Under the pieces are notes generated by a model that worked only from the letters and a program-made list of their open reading frames with translations, was not told where the DNA came from and made no database searches. The translations under genes were made by a program, and so were the position numbers. From positions 21,217,987-21,281,986 of the forward strand of contig CM119266.1 in assembly GCA_051294375.1 (NCBI GenBank): 64,000 nucleotides of DNA, read 5' to 3'. This DNA is from Paraspadella gotoi (lineage: Eukaryota; Animalia; Chaetognatha). Each line of letters begins with the position of its first letter. Within the stretch, counting starts at the first letter, position 1. Positions 49,817 to 64,000 of this stretch are shown here, piece after piece.

Positions 49817-51957
49817 CTCAGCAACCTTCGTTGTCATCGTCGTCGTCATCGCCGTCTTCGTTATCTCAGTCGTCGTGATTCATTTTTCTTCTTTAAGTTT
49901 AAAGTAATAAAACTGAAAAATATATATATATATTTAAATTTTTTTAAGAGGGATTACAATTAAGATGTAGGCTTTTTATGGTAATTAATGATTTTTCTTT
50001 AACAGGGAAAGCTTTGCTCCAAGCTTTGACGAAGAATTACTATCGTTTATCACCGCTTGTAATTTAAGTTTTAGGTTAAAACGTCAATTTTATGCGACGT
50101 AATTAAATTTGGCGCCGTTTTATCGCCGAAAAATTTGGCGCCAAAGACAACGACGACGACGACGACGACGAAGATAAACGACGATGACGACGACGAAAAT
50201 GACTCCGAAAGAAAAATCGTTTCAAGGTAATTCATAGGCGAATTAAGGCTCCAACACAAATTCGGGGTTTTGCCAAAAAATAAAGAACGAAAAAAAGAAA
50301 AAAAAGAAAAAAGAATAAAATCAGCTTGGGAATGGAAATTCTTTCTATTGTTTCTAACTGGTATGTAATGTGGAGATTTTGTTTCTGTGAAAAGAGCATT
50401 CTATACTTTCATAGAAATAACGAAAGATTGAACAATCAAACCAGTTAAACTTATAGTTATTCTCTGTATTTTGCTAATCAACCAGCTATTCGCACCCAAC
50501 CCTCCAGCTGAAGTCAAATAAAAATAGTACGATTCATTTCGACTTTCCAATTTTAAAAGCTCTCTCTCTCTCTCTCTCTTCTCTCTCTCCGACTCTCTCT
50601 TCTCTCTCTCTCTCTCTCTCTCTACCTCTCTCTCTCTCTCTCTCTCTCTTGCGCGACTTTCATGGCCAAAAATCATAGTAATGGCCGATTTAAAACGTCG
50701 ATTAAGAATTTCGGAAACTTTTCGAGTTTTTTTCTCTTTTTTTTTAGACCTTTTAAATTTTTCGCTAAATCAGGAGTAAAGGGAGTAATAAAAAAGTCTG
50801 AAATCCAAAACATTTTGATAATGAAAGTTGAAACGAGATTCCGCCCCTGATTTTTGGCGCGATCCCCCGAAAACAGCCTGACGACGTATCCTGCATTTAT
50901 TCAACGGGAATCCCACAGTTCAAAAAAGCCAAAATTAAAGGAACTAAAAATCCTGAATCCAATTATTTTTTCTAATAACATTTTTAATAAACGCGGAGCT
51001 ACTTAGCGGCCTTTTTTTTCTACTAATTAACGCAGAATCTCAATTCTGACCTCTCTTAGCTATTTGAAACGCAGCTTAGCGAGAACAACCGAACAATATA
51101 CAATATACAATATACAAACGTCAATATACGCAAAAATTCTTTTAAATCAGAAAACGAAAAAAAAGGAACAAAGAAACCAGTTTTTTTATTGCGGGTAAAG
51201 CTTAGATTTCAGATTTGCCCTATCTACGTCATTTATGTGCATATCAGCAACAATGCAACAACTTTCCCTAACCAATCAACGTCCTTCCCGCCCTCACCCT
51301 TCAATCGCCCCACCGACGAAGACTCCAATTGGCTTCTTCCTCTGCCGCTCATTAAAATTATCACGTCAGCAATTTCATTTTATCGTTTTTCGCAAAATTC
51401 TTCGACCCGAGAGACGGAATTCCCGAATTTACTTTCGCGCCGAGACGAAGGCTGATATAGAGGGATCGAGCGCGAGGTGTTTACCGGGTGATGGTTGGGA
51501 AACCGAAGTGAAGATGTACAGGGTGTTCGAGGATGAATGCGCTCACGAAAGGTTTATGGTAAGATAGTGAACCGTTTAAAACTAAATTTATTTTTACCTA
51601 TCTATCTTACAATAAGAGAGAGATCCTTACTCGCTTCCTATTCTATTTTGTTTCGACAGTGTCAGTGATGAATAACCCTCAATTTCACGAGTTCTCACAA
51701 CTCTTCCCCCTCTCTCTCCCCCCCCCTCCCCCGTTGCGCACCCGATCCCTTAAAAAACTCTCGATCCTCCGGAAATTAAGAGCTCCTCCGCTATCATGGT
51801 GATGTTCGAGACGTTCATAATGATTCTTTTTTGGTAATGATTCTGAAAATTCGGGAAAATTTTCTTTCCCATCTCTTTAGACTCCCTCTGCTCTTAAAAT
51901 AAAATCATCGCACATCCCTGGCCCTCTTAAAATGGTCCATGTCTCTTGACTTCTTAA

Positions 51958-52010
<53 letters not shown>

Positions 52011-53565
52011 TTCCCGCTTCACTTTTAAAAAAAGAGAGAAATAAAAAAAACTTCGTTTTCCGTTCAAAGTTCAAACGCGACTCGAAATTCCATTAATTTC
52101 AGAAATGAAGACTCATTTACTCCCCAACTTTTTTTTATCTCGTCTTTTTTTTTTCCCTTCTTCCTCTTTAAAACTTCTTTTCCTCTTTTCAAACACGGGG
52201 TGCGAAAATTGTTGTTCTTTTTCTTAAGATGTCGCTCTTTGACATTAAGGGTAACGACAAAAACTGATAACGATAAAATTGATTTTAAAAAATCTATCAA
52301 AACAAATTATGAGATACGTGGAAGAAGAAAATAAAATCTGTTTGTTTTTTTTTAAAACAACGAGTTTTACGTATTGTCAGACGGATATGTTTCGACTCTT
52401 TTTCGAGTCTTCTTCAGCGTTATGTGAATTAGAACATTTTTGCCAAACATTTTGGTAATTTTCTCTTAAGATTATTTTCCATACCAAATGTATCAGAAAC
52501 TCACTTCAATGGTGAACTGACGGTAACCAAGATATATTGTCTTTGACTTCACTTCGAAACAGCGACAAAGACGACGCAGACGACAACGACGTCGACGATA
52601 TCGAAGAAAACAACGAATAAACAAAAGAGCATCGAAGTTAGAAGAGGATGAGCANNNNNNNNNNNNNNNNNNNNNNNNNNNNNNNNNNNNNNNNNNNNNN
52701 NNNNNNNNNNNNNNNNNNNNNNNNNNNNNNNNNNNNNNNNNNNNNNNNNNNNNNNNNNNNNNNNNNNNNNNNNNNNNNNNNNNNNNNNNNNNNNNNNNNN
52801 NNNNNNNNNNNNNNNNNNNNNNNNNNNNNNNNNNNNNNNNNNNNNNNNNNNNNNNNNNNNNNNNNNNGAGAGAGAGGCGCTGAAAATTATTTGCATAATT
52901 GGACCCATCAGAGTTATTAAGAAAGGAGGAGATTCTTCATCGCCGCCCGGATCTTGATAGCTTTATGGGTTAGGGTTGGGGAGTTGGTAAGTTCGGGGTG
53001 AGTTAGAGGGTGATAGCGGGATTGGGTGGCTGGGATGACGCTTTATATATGTGCTTTTTAAATATGTACTAATATATGTTATTTATACATTTATGTTATA
53101 ACGAATAAAATCCTTTGAGTGAAAAAATTTCATATCGGTTGTTCCAGTTGTAGTAGTAATAATACTAAATTAACACTCATATACTACTAAAACTGTAAAA
53201 CAGTATTAAGCTTTATAGAAGCTTAACTAAAGTGCGTAATTTTGAACCTTTAATTTATCAATTTGGGCTGCAATTTCTCCCATTTGAGAATCATTTAGGA
53301 GGCGCTCAATGTCCAGAAGAAAAACGAGTAGGTTTCTTGGTTCGAGATCTTTTGGATGAGAAAATAAGCAAATGAGTAATGAACGCGAAAATATAGAGCA
53401 TCAACTTCTCCTTCATAATTTTACGAAGGAAAGATAATCAATTTCATTTCTAATTTGCTACAATTAATAGTTATAGTTATAATTAATTATTATATGAAAA
53501 GAAAGAAAGGCGGAAGCATTATCACGAATGATGGAACGTCCCTTCTGTCTCAGAATCAAAAGTAA

Positions 53566-53632
53566 AATCTTATGACAGGGATCAGTTATGATGATAAAAA
53601 TCTTATGACAGGGATTAGTTATGATGATAAAA
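53566..53632. repeat. Short tandem duplication (~32 bp x2)
   Basis: aaatcttatgacagggat(c/t)agttatgatgata occurs twice. Confidence 0.85.
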
Positions 53633-53918
53633 AGAATATTAGGGATGAGAGAATTTCAAAGATTAAACGGGGATGGCAAAGATGATGGAATTATCGGGGA
53701 CGGCGTTGATGGCGTAGGCGGAGATAAAAGGAGGAAAGGATAAAAAAAAAAAAAAAAAAAGATGAAAAAGAGAAAAACAAATAAAATGGAGAAAATTTTC
53801 TCGAATTCAATCGCGAGTCGAAGAAAGAGGTCGTTATTTCTCGTCAAGAAGAAAGAAAAAAAAGGGAGGAAAAAAAGAAGAGGGAGATCATTTTAAAAGA
53901 ATTCTTGAATTTTGATCG

Positions 53919-53957
<39 letters not shown>

Positions 53958-55944
53958 AGAGAGAGGAGTAGGAGAGAGACGGAAGCATGGAGAGGAGAGA
54001 CGGAGGACGAGAGAGCAGAGAGATGCATTTGAATGGGCTATGAAGCTCGAGACTGCAATATTATTATCTCGGAACTGAAACAAAACCTTTTATACTTCAT
54101 TATAAACTTGATTTTTTTGCCAATTTTGTTCATTAACACCTTCATGACACCGTAGTGATTGTCCTCAAGATATTGTAATTTTCGTCGTCATTGTCATCGT
54201 CGTCGTCGTTTTCGTCGTCATTGTCATCGTCGTCGTCGTTGTCATTTTCTTCATCGTCGCCACGCTCCTCACATTCCCTCCTCTTCGTCAACGTCTTAAA
54301 AAAATTTCGCGAGATGAGTTTTGATTCAAATTCCGACGGGACACAATTTTTTTCCCTTCCGTCATTTCCTTTCGCTCCCATAACGACGACGACGACGACG
54401 ACGATAACGACGACGACGGCGTTCTTCAAAGAAAAAAGAGAGAGACTCATCAGCCCCAACGACTAATCACTACTTATGAGAAAAAAGAGAAGAAAAAGAG
54501 AAAAACTTTTTCTTTTCAAAATTTCTCCCTCGATTTTTTTTTCCTCCGACGAAGATGAAGAAACATAAAAAAGAAAAAGAGGGAGAGAGCCGATTCTCGC
54601 CGCTCCAGTTCCCAGTCTTTTTTTTTTATTCCGTCGGACCCAGTCACCCCATCGGCGTGTCGCCCTATCGCTCCGTTGCCACTCCGACATCAACCCGTCA
54701 TACCATCTGTCCGTCACACTCTCCTCTCTAGCGATCTTCGGATCGTCCAACCCCAAACGCTCCTTCATTCGCCCCCTCCCTCCCTCATTCTCCGCCCCCG
54801 TTCACCCCAACCCCCGTGGACCGCCCCGGGCATCATCTTCATCTCTGAGATGTTTTATCGCCGAAACGACATTCATCGCTTAACAGCCCGAGGGACGAAA
54901 TGAATAAAAAGTTAAATGAGGAAAAGAACAAGAGAAAATGGGGCCTTGGTTGTGGAAAGGGCGGGGATGGACAGAGGGAGGAGGATAGGGGATGGAGGAT
55001 AGGGCCTTGGTTGTGGATAGGGCGGGGATAGATAGAGGGTGGATGTTAGGGGGGGAAGGATAGGGCGACGAAGATTCTTAATTTTCGGAGTTAAATTTTC
55101 AAGTTAAAAGCTCTCTATCATTTTAGTAGAATGCGTTTAATAATATCTAAGATTAAATATATTATAATTTTTATTTTAACTAGATTTTCGTTTGAGTTCT
55201 CTCAACTGTTATCATTTATTTTGCCTCCTCTTATTCCCCTTTTTAATGCCTTTTGTTTTTCTTTTCTCAAGCCCGCCGGTGCTGCCATCTTTTTCAACGA
55301 TTGATGTTAACTCGACGCCATCTTGTTATGTCCGCCGAGACTTCGCTCCCTTCGATTAGCGTCTTCCAACCTCGAGAACGTTTTCTTGGAAATGGTCGTC
55401 GTCGTTGTTGTCGTCGACATCGACGTCGTCCCGCCCTTTATCGTCGTCGTCATAGTCGTCCACGAAAGCCATTACTGCCCGGACATCGGCTACAGCTCTT
55501 CCGAGCCTTTGTTTTCGCTGTTCTAAAAGATTAAAAGATGAAAAAACTCAAGCTTTAATAATACAATTAAAATGGCCAGTTATAAAACAGTCTGGTTCCA
55601 ATCCGTTTTTTTTTTCCTCCGCGCGATATTTTTCTCTGGGCAACATTTTTTTTTCTCTCTCTCTCTCTATATCCTCCACGCTTCTCTAATATATTCCATT
55701 GTCTTTAACTCGCTCTTATATGTCTGGACATTTGGCTTCGGACTCAGAGCCGATTTATTCTAACGACTTTGATAATTAGAACCTGAACTCCAGAAGAAAA
55801 AATAAATAAAAGAAAAACAAGAACATAAAAATAAAGAGGAAAATAGGAAAAATAGAAATGGCGCTCGCATCGAAGTCTTGGACGTGCAGCGTCGGAAGAA
55901 AGCATAAAGTCATGAATCGATTTAGGGAGAAAAGAGGGAGAGAT

Positions 55945-55985
<41 letters not shown>

Positions 55986-56000
55986 AGAGAGAAGAGAGAG

Positions 56001-56041
<41 letters not shown>

Positions 56042-56117
56042 TATGAAGCTTATAAGTCCTTCGCTACTAGACTTCATAAAAGTATCATTGTCATTGTTTT
56101 CCCAAAGTTGATTTCAG

Positions 56118-56221
56118 AATGCATCGGCAAAGGTTCTGGAACAACGTCAATGAAATCAAAGATTTCCTGTCTCGGTTCTCTCAGCTCCCAAAAGATATTT
56201 TTTATGCCCTCAGATCTTATT
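56118..56221 (+). CDS. Candidate internal exon resembling the C-linker of a cyclic-nucleotide-binding-domain ion channel (KCNH/CNG/HCN-like)
   Basis: Acceptor ttgatttcag|, donor T|GTGAGT; MHRQRFWNNVNEIKDFLSRFSQLPKDIFYALRSY has spacing similar to hERG [30 protein letters not shown], with one insertion. No flanking exons were confidently found. Confidence 0.35.
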
Positions 56222-59028
56222 GTGAGTTTTTGCGACGATATTTTCCTTGACCAGTGACCATCGATAATTCAACCCAAATCCTAACTTTTTCTTCAACACT
56301 TTTTGCCTTGACCTCCAGATCTTCGGTTTTTAACGTCGTCGTCGTCGTCGTTTTCGTTATCGTCGTCGTTGACGTCAAACCGAGATTCTGCCACAAACGC
56401 AACATATTTCTATGAATAATTCCAATAAAAACGTCAGGAAAAAGACGAAGATGAAGGGAGGAGGAGGAGGAGGAGGAGAAGGAGGAGGAGGAGGAGAAGT
56501 GGATGATGGAGGACGTCGGCGATTCCCACGACCCCGATGGAGCGGAGATGCCGGTCGTGTCATCGATGATTGGTGAGATGGTTTGGCGGAGGTGGTTGGT
56601 GGTGGTTGGTGGCGAAAGTGGATTTGGTGGTCATTTTGAGAAGTAGGAAAGGTTTCGGAAGGAAATGTGTACTTCTGGTATTAAAAAAAAAACTAACTTA
56701 TAAATTGATTAAATACTACATCTCTCTATAATTAAGAAATTTTAAACATTCAAAGAACCTTAAAAATATCCAAGCCCCCACGCTGAATCTAATTATAGAA
56801 TACATTTTGCGCTAACATCCATAAGAGTTTGGTCAAGATCCACTCGAACATTCCTCACAGTCGGTCACGAACCCTCTTACATTCAGAGAAAGTTGATCAA
56901 CGACCTCAAACATCTAATATTCAGCGAAGCAAACTTCTCCAAACGTCCAAAACAGACGCCATTTTTTTTTCCTCGCGATTTTTTCTCGCGATGGCGAAGT
57001 TTTAGCCTACATTTTATGCGGCGGAGTTCGGGTTTCTTTTGAAGAGGGAAAGAGCGTTGACTTGAGGAATGTAAATGCTTGGGCTTTTGGGGGCGGGAGG
57101 GGGTTTCATCGGACGCGTAATCAGTTTGATAAACACGATCGAACGTAACATCCTTTCTTCTAAACTAATTTGCATGCAACAGTAATCTGTCTAGCTAGTA
57201 GCTATACTTTTTATACCGTTTTCCAAAATAAGCGGAAAAAAAATTCTCACCAACATTTTATTCTTTCAAACTATGATTTTGAAAACTATGATTTTACTTC
57301 AACTATATTCTTGATTTATGTATAAAAAAATTCATACAAGTGACGAATTCTTTAGTTCTTCCCCTCTTTTTTCCAAATTATGTAATACGTATCCGATTGT
57401 AATTAAACTCCGCTTGTTGGTATCGCAAAGATTTGTGCTACATTCAACATTGCTCAATGCTCAATGCTCATTGCTCAATTCTCAGGCCTCCAAATCGCCT
57501 CGACCCCGACCCCGACCTCGTCCATGCCCCGTCACTTTTGGCCCAGCTCCGTCAAAACTCAAAAGGCCCTTCTCGCCTCGAACGCCCCCTTCCCCCCGCA
57601 TGGAACGACGCCAGCGCCGCCGACGGCCGCGACGTCAACGAGACGATTAATGTTCGCTGGGAACATGAGAAGAATGATTTAATAACTTGTAGAGAATTAG
57701 TGACGAGAAAGGGAACGATTTATGCACTTGTAACCAATATATAACGAGGACCGAGAGGAAATGGCTTCATTTTAAGGGATCCTCGTGTTTTGGAAGAGGG
57801 TTAACGTCAATTATTTTAGAATAGTTTAAATCGAGGTAAAATATATGTATTTTATTTACAGCATAGCATCAAACAAAACGAATTTGGACTTCAATTTAAA
57901 CAATATATAGTGAGAATAAAAATTCATTCTATTACTTTGAGAGAAGAATGATTTAATAACTCGAGGGTCGTTTTCTCGACGGCAGGTTTGCAGTATGAAA
58001 GGCAATGATATTTTTCACATTTCTCAACGACCTCACTACCCCGCCCCATGTCAACTTGATATTCTTCACGCCTCGCTGTTCTTCCACGATTTTTTTCACA
58101 TCCGCATCGACGCTGGATTTTCAAATTTTCTCTGGATCAAAACTTATCCGGCGTCGTTAAAATCAACTGTTTATCCACATCTAAAAATTAAAAGAATCCT
58201 TTCGTTAATTCATTCAGTTTTCGCTCTTTAAGTCCGACGCACATTCCTTGACGACCACGCATGACAACGGTCACCCACTTTTTCCGTCGCCCGTCGAATC
58301 TGGAATAATTCGCCCAATGTAAACACAATTTCTTTTTTTTCTTTCTTTCTTTTTTTTTACATTTTCTGGAGAAAGAGGACAGCGATCGGCGGTGGAAGCC
58401 GCTCGCCGACCCGCCGGCGCCGCATGAAGGCCAGCGGATGCAGCGTCATTGATGGACGAGAAAATGAGAAGCAATAAACGTCATCATCGATCATTGGACG
58501 ACGACTTTGACGTTCGTCGCCGTTCTTTAACCGTTCGTTAGCCTGTTCGCTACCCGCCCGTTTTCACTGTTTAAGTCCGTTGTTTGGGGTTCGTTAGCTG
58601 TTTGTTCCACGTTTGTTTGCCCCTAGGTCCTCACGTCTTTTGTTCGGCGTTCGTCCGCCAGTTGATCTTTACTTTTTATCTCTATGATAGTGAACGGCGT
58701 CCGTTTGCCGTTCGTTTGCCGTTCGTTTGCCGTTCGTTTGTCGTTCGTTCGCCCGTTCGTCACCGTTCGTTCGCCATTTGTCCTTTTGATCTTCTTCCCT
58801 CGTTTTGTCGTTCGAATGGACATTGTCGTCTTTTTTCGGAAGTTGTCGTCGTTTTTTGGTTTTCCTTCGACTTTTGTTAGCGTTTTGTTCCACTTATCAA
58901 GATCGTCGAAAGCGCCATCTTGGAAAATCCTCTATTGTTATATTATTCTCTCGTCTTTGTACGTATTATTAGTTTGACTTTTTGATAAAATTAACTGTTT
59001 TCTCATTTGTGGTATTTACCTTAGGAAT

Positions 59029-59060
<32 letters not shown>

Positions 59061-59105
59061 AAACGGCGACGGCGACGGCGACGGCAAACGGCGACGGCGA
59101 CGGCG
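59029..59105. repeat. (GACGGC)n hexamer repeat
   Basis: Direct reading. Confidence 0.9.
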
Positions 59106-59238
59106 TCGTCAGTGTCGTTATTGTCATTGATTACAACTGGAAGTAACTTGTCAACTTAAATGGACGAAACTGCTTGGTTTATTTAAAATAAAACAATACT
59201 TTTTACGTGAACTAAATTATTCGGACTCCATTGTTACT

Positions 59239-59282
<44 letters not shown>

Positions 59283-60417
59283 CAGATGGTCAATGGGGAC
59301 GGCATTCAATCATCCATCTCCACCCAGGGATTATTTTAGCCTGATATCACATTCCGTCCGTCGAGAGTCAATCGGTTCGCATCTCCAAGAGGAGAGGAGC
59401 GGGTGAGGATCGTGAAGGGTGTGGTGAGGTAAGGCGAAGGTTGGGCGGAGAAGGTGAGGTCTCGGAGGAAAGAAAGTCCTCGAGGGGCTCACGTTTTGAA
59501 TTACTACTACAGCACTGTGATGATGGAAAGAAAACTACTAGAGGAACAAAGTCTTTGTTGGTTTTAAGAGATTCGATCATTTGTATCAACTGAAACTCGG
59601 AGATGACAGAAATGATCAAACGACGACGATTACAACGACGACGTTAGGAAAATGAATGACAAAGAAAATCTGGACAATGACAAAGAAGACTCTGACGACG
59701 ACGACGACAATAACGACGATAGGATTTTTTGGTTGCATCGCTGATGGACTTCCGGTGGATTGAGAAGCGCGAGCGGGGCGGCCGGCCGGCTGGGCGGCGA
59801 GGTGTCCAGCTGAACTGAAAACAGATTTCTTCATGCGAAAAAAGGAAAAGAGAAAAGGAAAAAGAGGAAGAGATGAAGAAGAGAGAAAAAAAAAGTGAGA
59901 GGGAGAGTTGAAAATCTCGGAGAATAAAGTGGACAAGAGAAAGAAAGAGTGAGAGAGAGAGAGATAGAGATGGATCTAGCGAGAGTGAGGACGACTGAGA
60001 GAGATACATTGATCTAAAAAAATTGACAGAAACGATTGAAAAGGTTGGATAGAAGTTGGATAGAAGTTGGATAGAAGTCTCCTGGTTTGAGCCTAAAAAA
60101 TAAGAATGAAACAAAAAATCGGAAAAGGAATAAAAAAGAATAAAGGAAATGAAACTAAAAAAAGAGGGGGAAAAAAAGGGAATAAAAAAAAAGAAAAGAG
60201 AAAAGAAAAGGATAAAAAAAAGGAAAGGAAAGTGGGAGTGATTTTTGAGTCGCCAACCGAATCGTAAACCCTTGTCTCTCCTCTCGTAAACAAGTCAAAA
60301 CCTCCCGCGACCAAAGAGTCGGCCTCCCGCGCAGCCACGCCCACCGAGTCTCGGCACTTCCACGAAAAGCGTCACTCCGGAAGTGGCGTCAATCTGGGGT
60401 GGCTCGACACTGGCGGA

Positions 60418-60510
<93 letters not shown>

Positions 60511-62228
60511 CTGGTCGATGCCTGAATTACTCATTTCAAAAACCTCAAAACAGGAACTCACAAAAAAAAACAACTTATTTTTAATTTTTCTCTTTCGTAG
60601 TCATTTTTTCGTTTTTCTTCTTTTTTCACTTCATTTCTTTATCTTTCCCTTCATTCTTTCCCTTTCATTTCCTCGCACGAATTGGTGTCGCATTAACCCT
60701 TTTCCGCATTTAGCGGCCGGAGCCTCCACTTGCGTTTGGTTATTACATCTTTAAAAAAGTTTATCTTATTACTATTAGTTATAATAATTCGTGAACAATT
60801 TTTTGACGATTCGATCGCGTAGCTGAGCTTTAGTTCTTTATTTTCATTCTGTATTTTACCCCTCTCTCTTCAACACACTTTACAATCTCATCCCGATACT
60901 AAATCCCATTTCACTCTCGACCACATTCCCCCCTTATTTCAAGCCACGCCCTTCTCAGTTACCCACCTCCCTCGCCTCTCCTTCCCCCCCATAAACCACC
61001 CCGCCTTCCAAGCACCTCCCTTCCAACGTCCGCGATTTAAACACGCTTGACAGGACGTCTTACAAATTGCTTCAAAATGACTTAGCATTTTTCCCGTTGT
61101 CGCGAAAAGGGTTAGTTTTTCATTCCGAATCTCGAAAACAAATGAAAAAAAAAAGAGAGAGGGGGGGAGAGAATAAGAAATCGAATCTAATATTAACGAA
61201 AACTTTTAAAATGTTTCAATTAATTTAATAGTCGAAAAAAAAATATATTTTAACTTTTAAATTTTTTTATGAATTCTTTAACCATTTTTTTGTCCTGCAT
61301 TAAATGTAAAATATAAAATCAATACATTCATTCATTAAACAAATCTAAATAGACCATTGTGCATTATCTTTTCATTTTCGTTGCTTTTGGAAATAGTAAA
61401 AATAAAGAACATTTTTCTTTACAAATCTAATTAAATAAGAATAACTTTTTCCTGGACATTTTTCTCCTCCGTTCGGCGTCAAATTCGTCCCTCGTCTCCA
61501 GCGACGGCCGAGAATGAGACGTCGTGACGTTGTGACGCGTCCCGAAAGAAAAAAAATGACGTCGGAAAGGACATTTTCTCTTTGGAAGAAAAATGACGTG
61601 GAGAGAAGAGCAAAGTTCAGGAAAACAAAAACAAAAAAAAAGAAAAACGGAAGATGATAACCGCTAGGAGAGTTGTTCGGCGCTAGTGGCGTGGCCGCCG
61701 AGCCCATCGCCAACGCCCCTCTCGACGGCCGCCCGCCCGACGCCACCTCTCTCCGCTGTCGTCCTTCAACGCGTCACCGATTCTCACGAGCAAAGACCAT
61801 TTGCCCGAGACGAAACGTTAAACCCTTTCCTTACCTTAAACCTTCACCTCACTTTACCGAGTAAACCGACCAAAACCTACATCTCACTTCATGTCCGGTC
61901 AATTCCAAAGTTTTTTATTTCAATTTTTAATTTTTATTTACCAAACATTTCAATTCCCTCGAAATCGTATCTAATCTCCATTCCAATCCAAAATCAACTT
62001 CTTCCTAGATAAACCCATTCCCTCTCTCACTTTCCTACGCACCCTTACCTCTCACTCCCCATTGCCACTCTCATTCCCACACTCCCCTCCCGCCCCCCTC
62101 AAACCCCTCAACCTAAGACGCCCGCAGCGTGGAACCTGTCACCGCAGCGAAAACATTACCGTCCGAGATTAAAATGAAAAAACGTCCAAAGAGGAAAAAA
62201 AGTTCAAAAAGGTGTGTTGTGAAGATTT

Positions 62229-62263
<35 letters not shown>

Positions 62264-62267
62264 TCTC

Positions 62268-62319
<52 letters not shown>

Positions 62320-62324
62320 TCTCG

Positions 62325-62356
<32 letters not shown>

Positions 62357-63327
62357 AGTACAAGCCTAAAGCTCGCACTTTTGTTTCTCAAATTCAAATT
62401 CAAAAATCTCTCTCTCTCTCTCTCCCCCCTAACCCATCCCTCCCTCGCTCCCTCCCGCCTTTCATTTCCGGCCCAAAATTGAAGTCAGAAATAAATGATT
62501 TGTCAGTTTATTCAATCCAAGCTGCATCATTCGCTCGATGAGCGACCAAATGGATCTTCATCGTCGTCGCTATCATCATCGTTGTCAACCTTCCCCCTCC
62601 TCTTCCTCCTCGTACTCCTCCTCCTTCTCCTCCTCCTCATCTGGCGCTGGTAGGCGCGGCCTTGGGGGCGGGGATAGCAAATAGTTCGCCGTAATGAAGA
62701 AACTTCGCCCAAAACAAAATGGAAAAAAAAAGGATTTTTTCAGAGGTTTTTTTTTTCCTTTTTTTTTAAATTGAATAAATCGTTTTTCAAAGAAAACACA
62801 ACTAGTTTATAAATATGACAAAATTTAGCTTCGCTCAATTGAAAAAACAAGTAAACTAACTATCACTAAACTCTCGACTGATTAACTTCACCGACAATTT
62901 GACATATCAAAGTTTTTTCATCAACTAAAAAAAAAACTTTTTTTTTTGCTCGACTCGAACGCGGAATTGAGCGAGGGAGAAAATGAAAGGTTCGGGCCCG
63001 TAAAGGATTCGAATAAACTCAAAATTGTTTTTTTATTCAGTTTTGAAACGTTTTCTTTCTTTTTTTCTCTTTCCTTTTTTTTTGTCTTACGGTTTTTGGG
63101 TGTCACTCGTCCTCGGGATTCGATTCATGTTTTTTTTTTCTTTCAATCTTCTCTGTCTTTTTGTTTGCGGCGTCGGCGGCAGCGGCGGCGCTGGCTGACG
63201 GCGGCAGCGGCAGCGGGCGACGGCGCCTTAATGACTTTTATTCAAATCCTTCTTCTTCGTCTTCATTTTCATCGGTGGAAAGAGAAAAATCGCTACAAAA
63301 AAAAGGGGGGGGAGATTTTGACGAAGA

Positions 63328-63366
<39 letters not shown>

Positions 63367-64000
63367 GGTGAAGGCTCCCAAAATTTTCGCCAAGAAAGAC
63401 TTAAATTAGGATATGAGGGCATAAGTGAAGAGAGAAAGCGTCATGACAAATTTCTAATAACTATGTAGACGGGAAATCCATATTAAAAATATTAAGAAAT
63501 TCTGATAATGATATAAATTTCAGGGTCTTCGACCTCAAAATAGTTTTCTTTTCTCCAAAGTTGCGAGTCTCATTGCGTGAGTTATTTTTTTCCGTCTGGC
63601 AGCTGCTTTTACTCACCTCTCTAGGGAAAGTCCCCATTTCCTTTGTTCCTGATGGAGAATTCTATAGCACTTTCCTACTTGTCTTTCATCCTCGCTATTT
63701 TTTTTCATTTTTTTTCATTACATCAGTTTATTTAATATATTTTATTGAATAATTTTTCAATGATTTCAATTTACCGTCCTTCATGTTTTCAAATATTTAT
63801 CTATAGTTGTCGTTTATTTTCTCTAAAATCAATATTGAGATTTCTCTCCTTTTATTTTCATTTTCTTTTCATTTTTTTCACTTTCTTCTCTTTCGTCCTT
63901 TTCTTTTTATTTCAATCTTCTCTTCTCCTTTTTTTCCCTGTTCTCTATTCTATATTTTTTGTCTCTTTTTTATTTATCCACGTCGCCTGTGGTTCCCAAA

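Noticed and set aside
55572-55763. ORF containing TFGFG, close to the channel-like exon
   Set aside because: It lacks the TxVG(Y/F)G pore-helix context and usable splice sites, and a stop follows shortly after.
57667-57961. 21-nt direct repeat gagaagaatgatttaataact, about 275 bp apart
   Set aside because: Only two copies with no element structure between them; no supportable interpretation.
63616-63660. 45-nt minus-strand segment ending in a strong GAG|GTGAGT donor
   Set aside because: The acceptor is weak and the peptide is unrecognisable.

Overview
Eukaryotic draft-assembly window, probably an invertebrate metazoan, though the species cannot be determined from the sequence. It is dominated by (AG)n, (ACG)n and (CCG)n microsatellites and N-gaps, so almost all ORF-track entries are repeat read-throughs. 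Two spliced genes can be reconstructed by hand on the minus strand. The first is a complete 4-exon, 185-aa Rap-like Ras-family GTPase (8254-6810) with Ser at position 12, Ras-like E31, Rap-like T61 and a CRLM CAAX box. The second is a partial LicD/fukutin-FKRP-family nucleotidyltransferase (about 29095-27824) that the ORF track does not capture as a gene. One orphan plus-strand exon (56118-56221) resembles a CNBD ion-channel C-linker. Mobile content includes a 2.4-kb TIR-bounded non-autonomous DNA transposon (12104-14514) and a dispersed ~160-bp repeat family. The most striking structure is ~29.3-33.56 kb, which looks unique but is an interleaving of two other sequences from this window: the reverse complement of ~19.15-21.55 kb and the forward strand of ~33.59-34.65 kb. 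It is most likely a two-polymerase long-read artefact inserted by gap filling. Exactly-25-N gaps and adjacent tandem or inverted duplications point to the same cause. I found no convincing novel multi-gene system; the best biological leads are the G12S Ras/Rap hybrid and the LicD-family gene.
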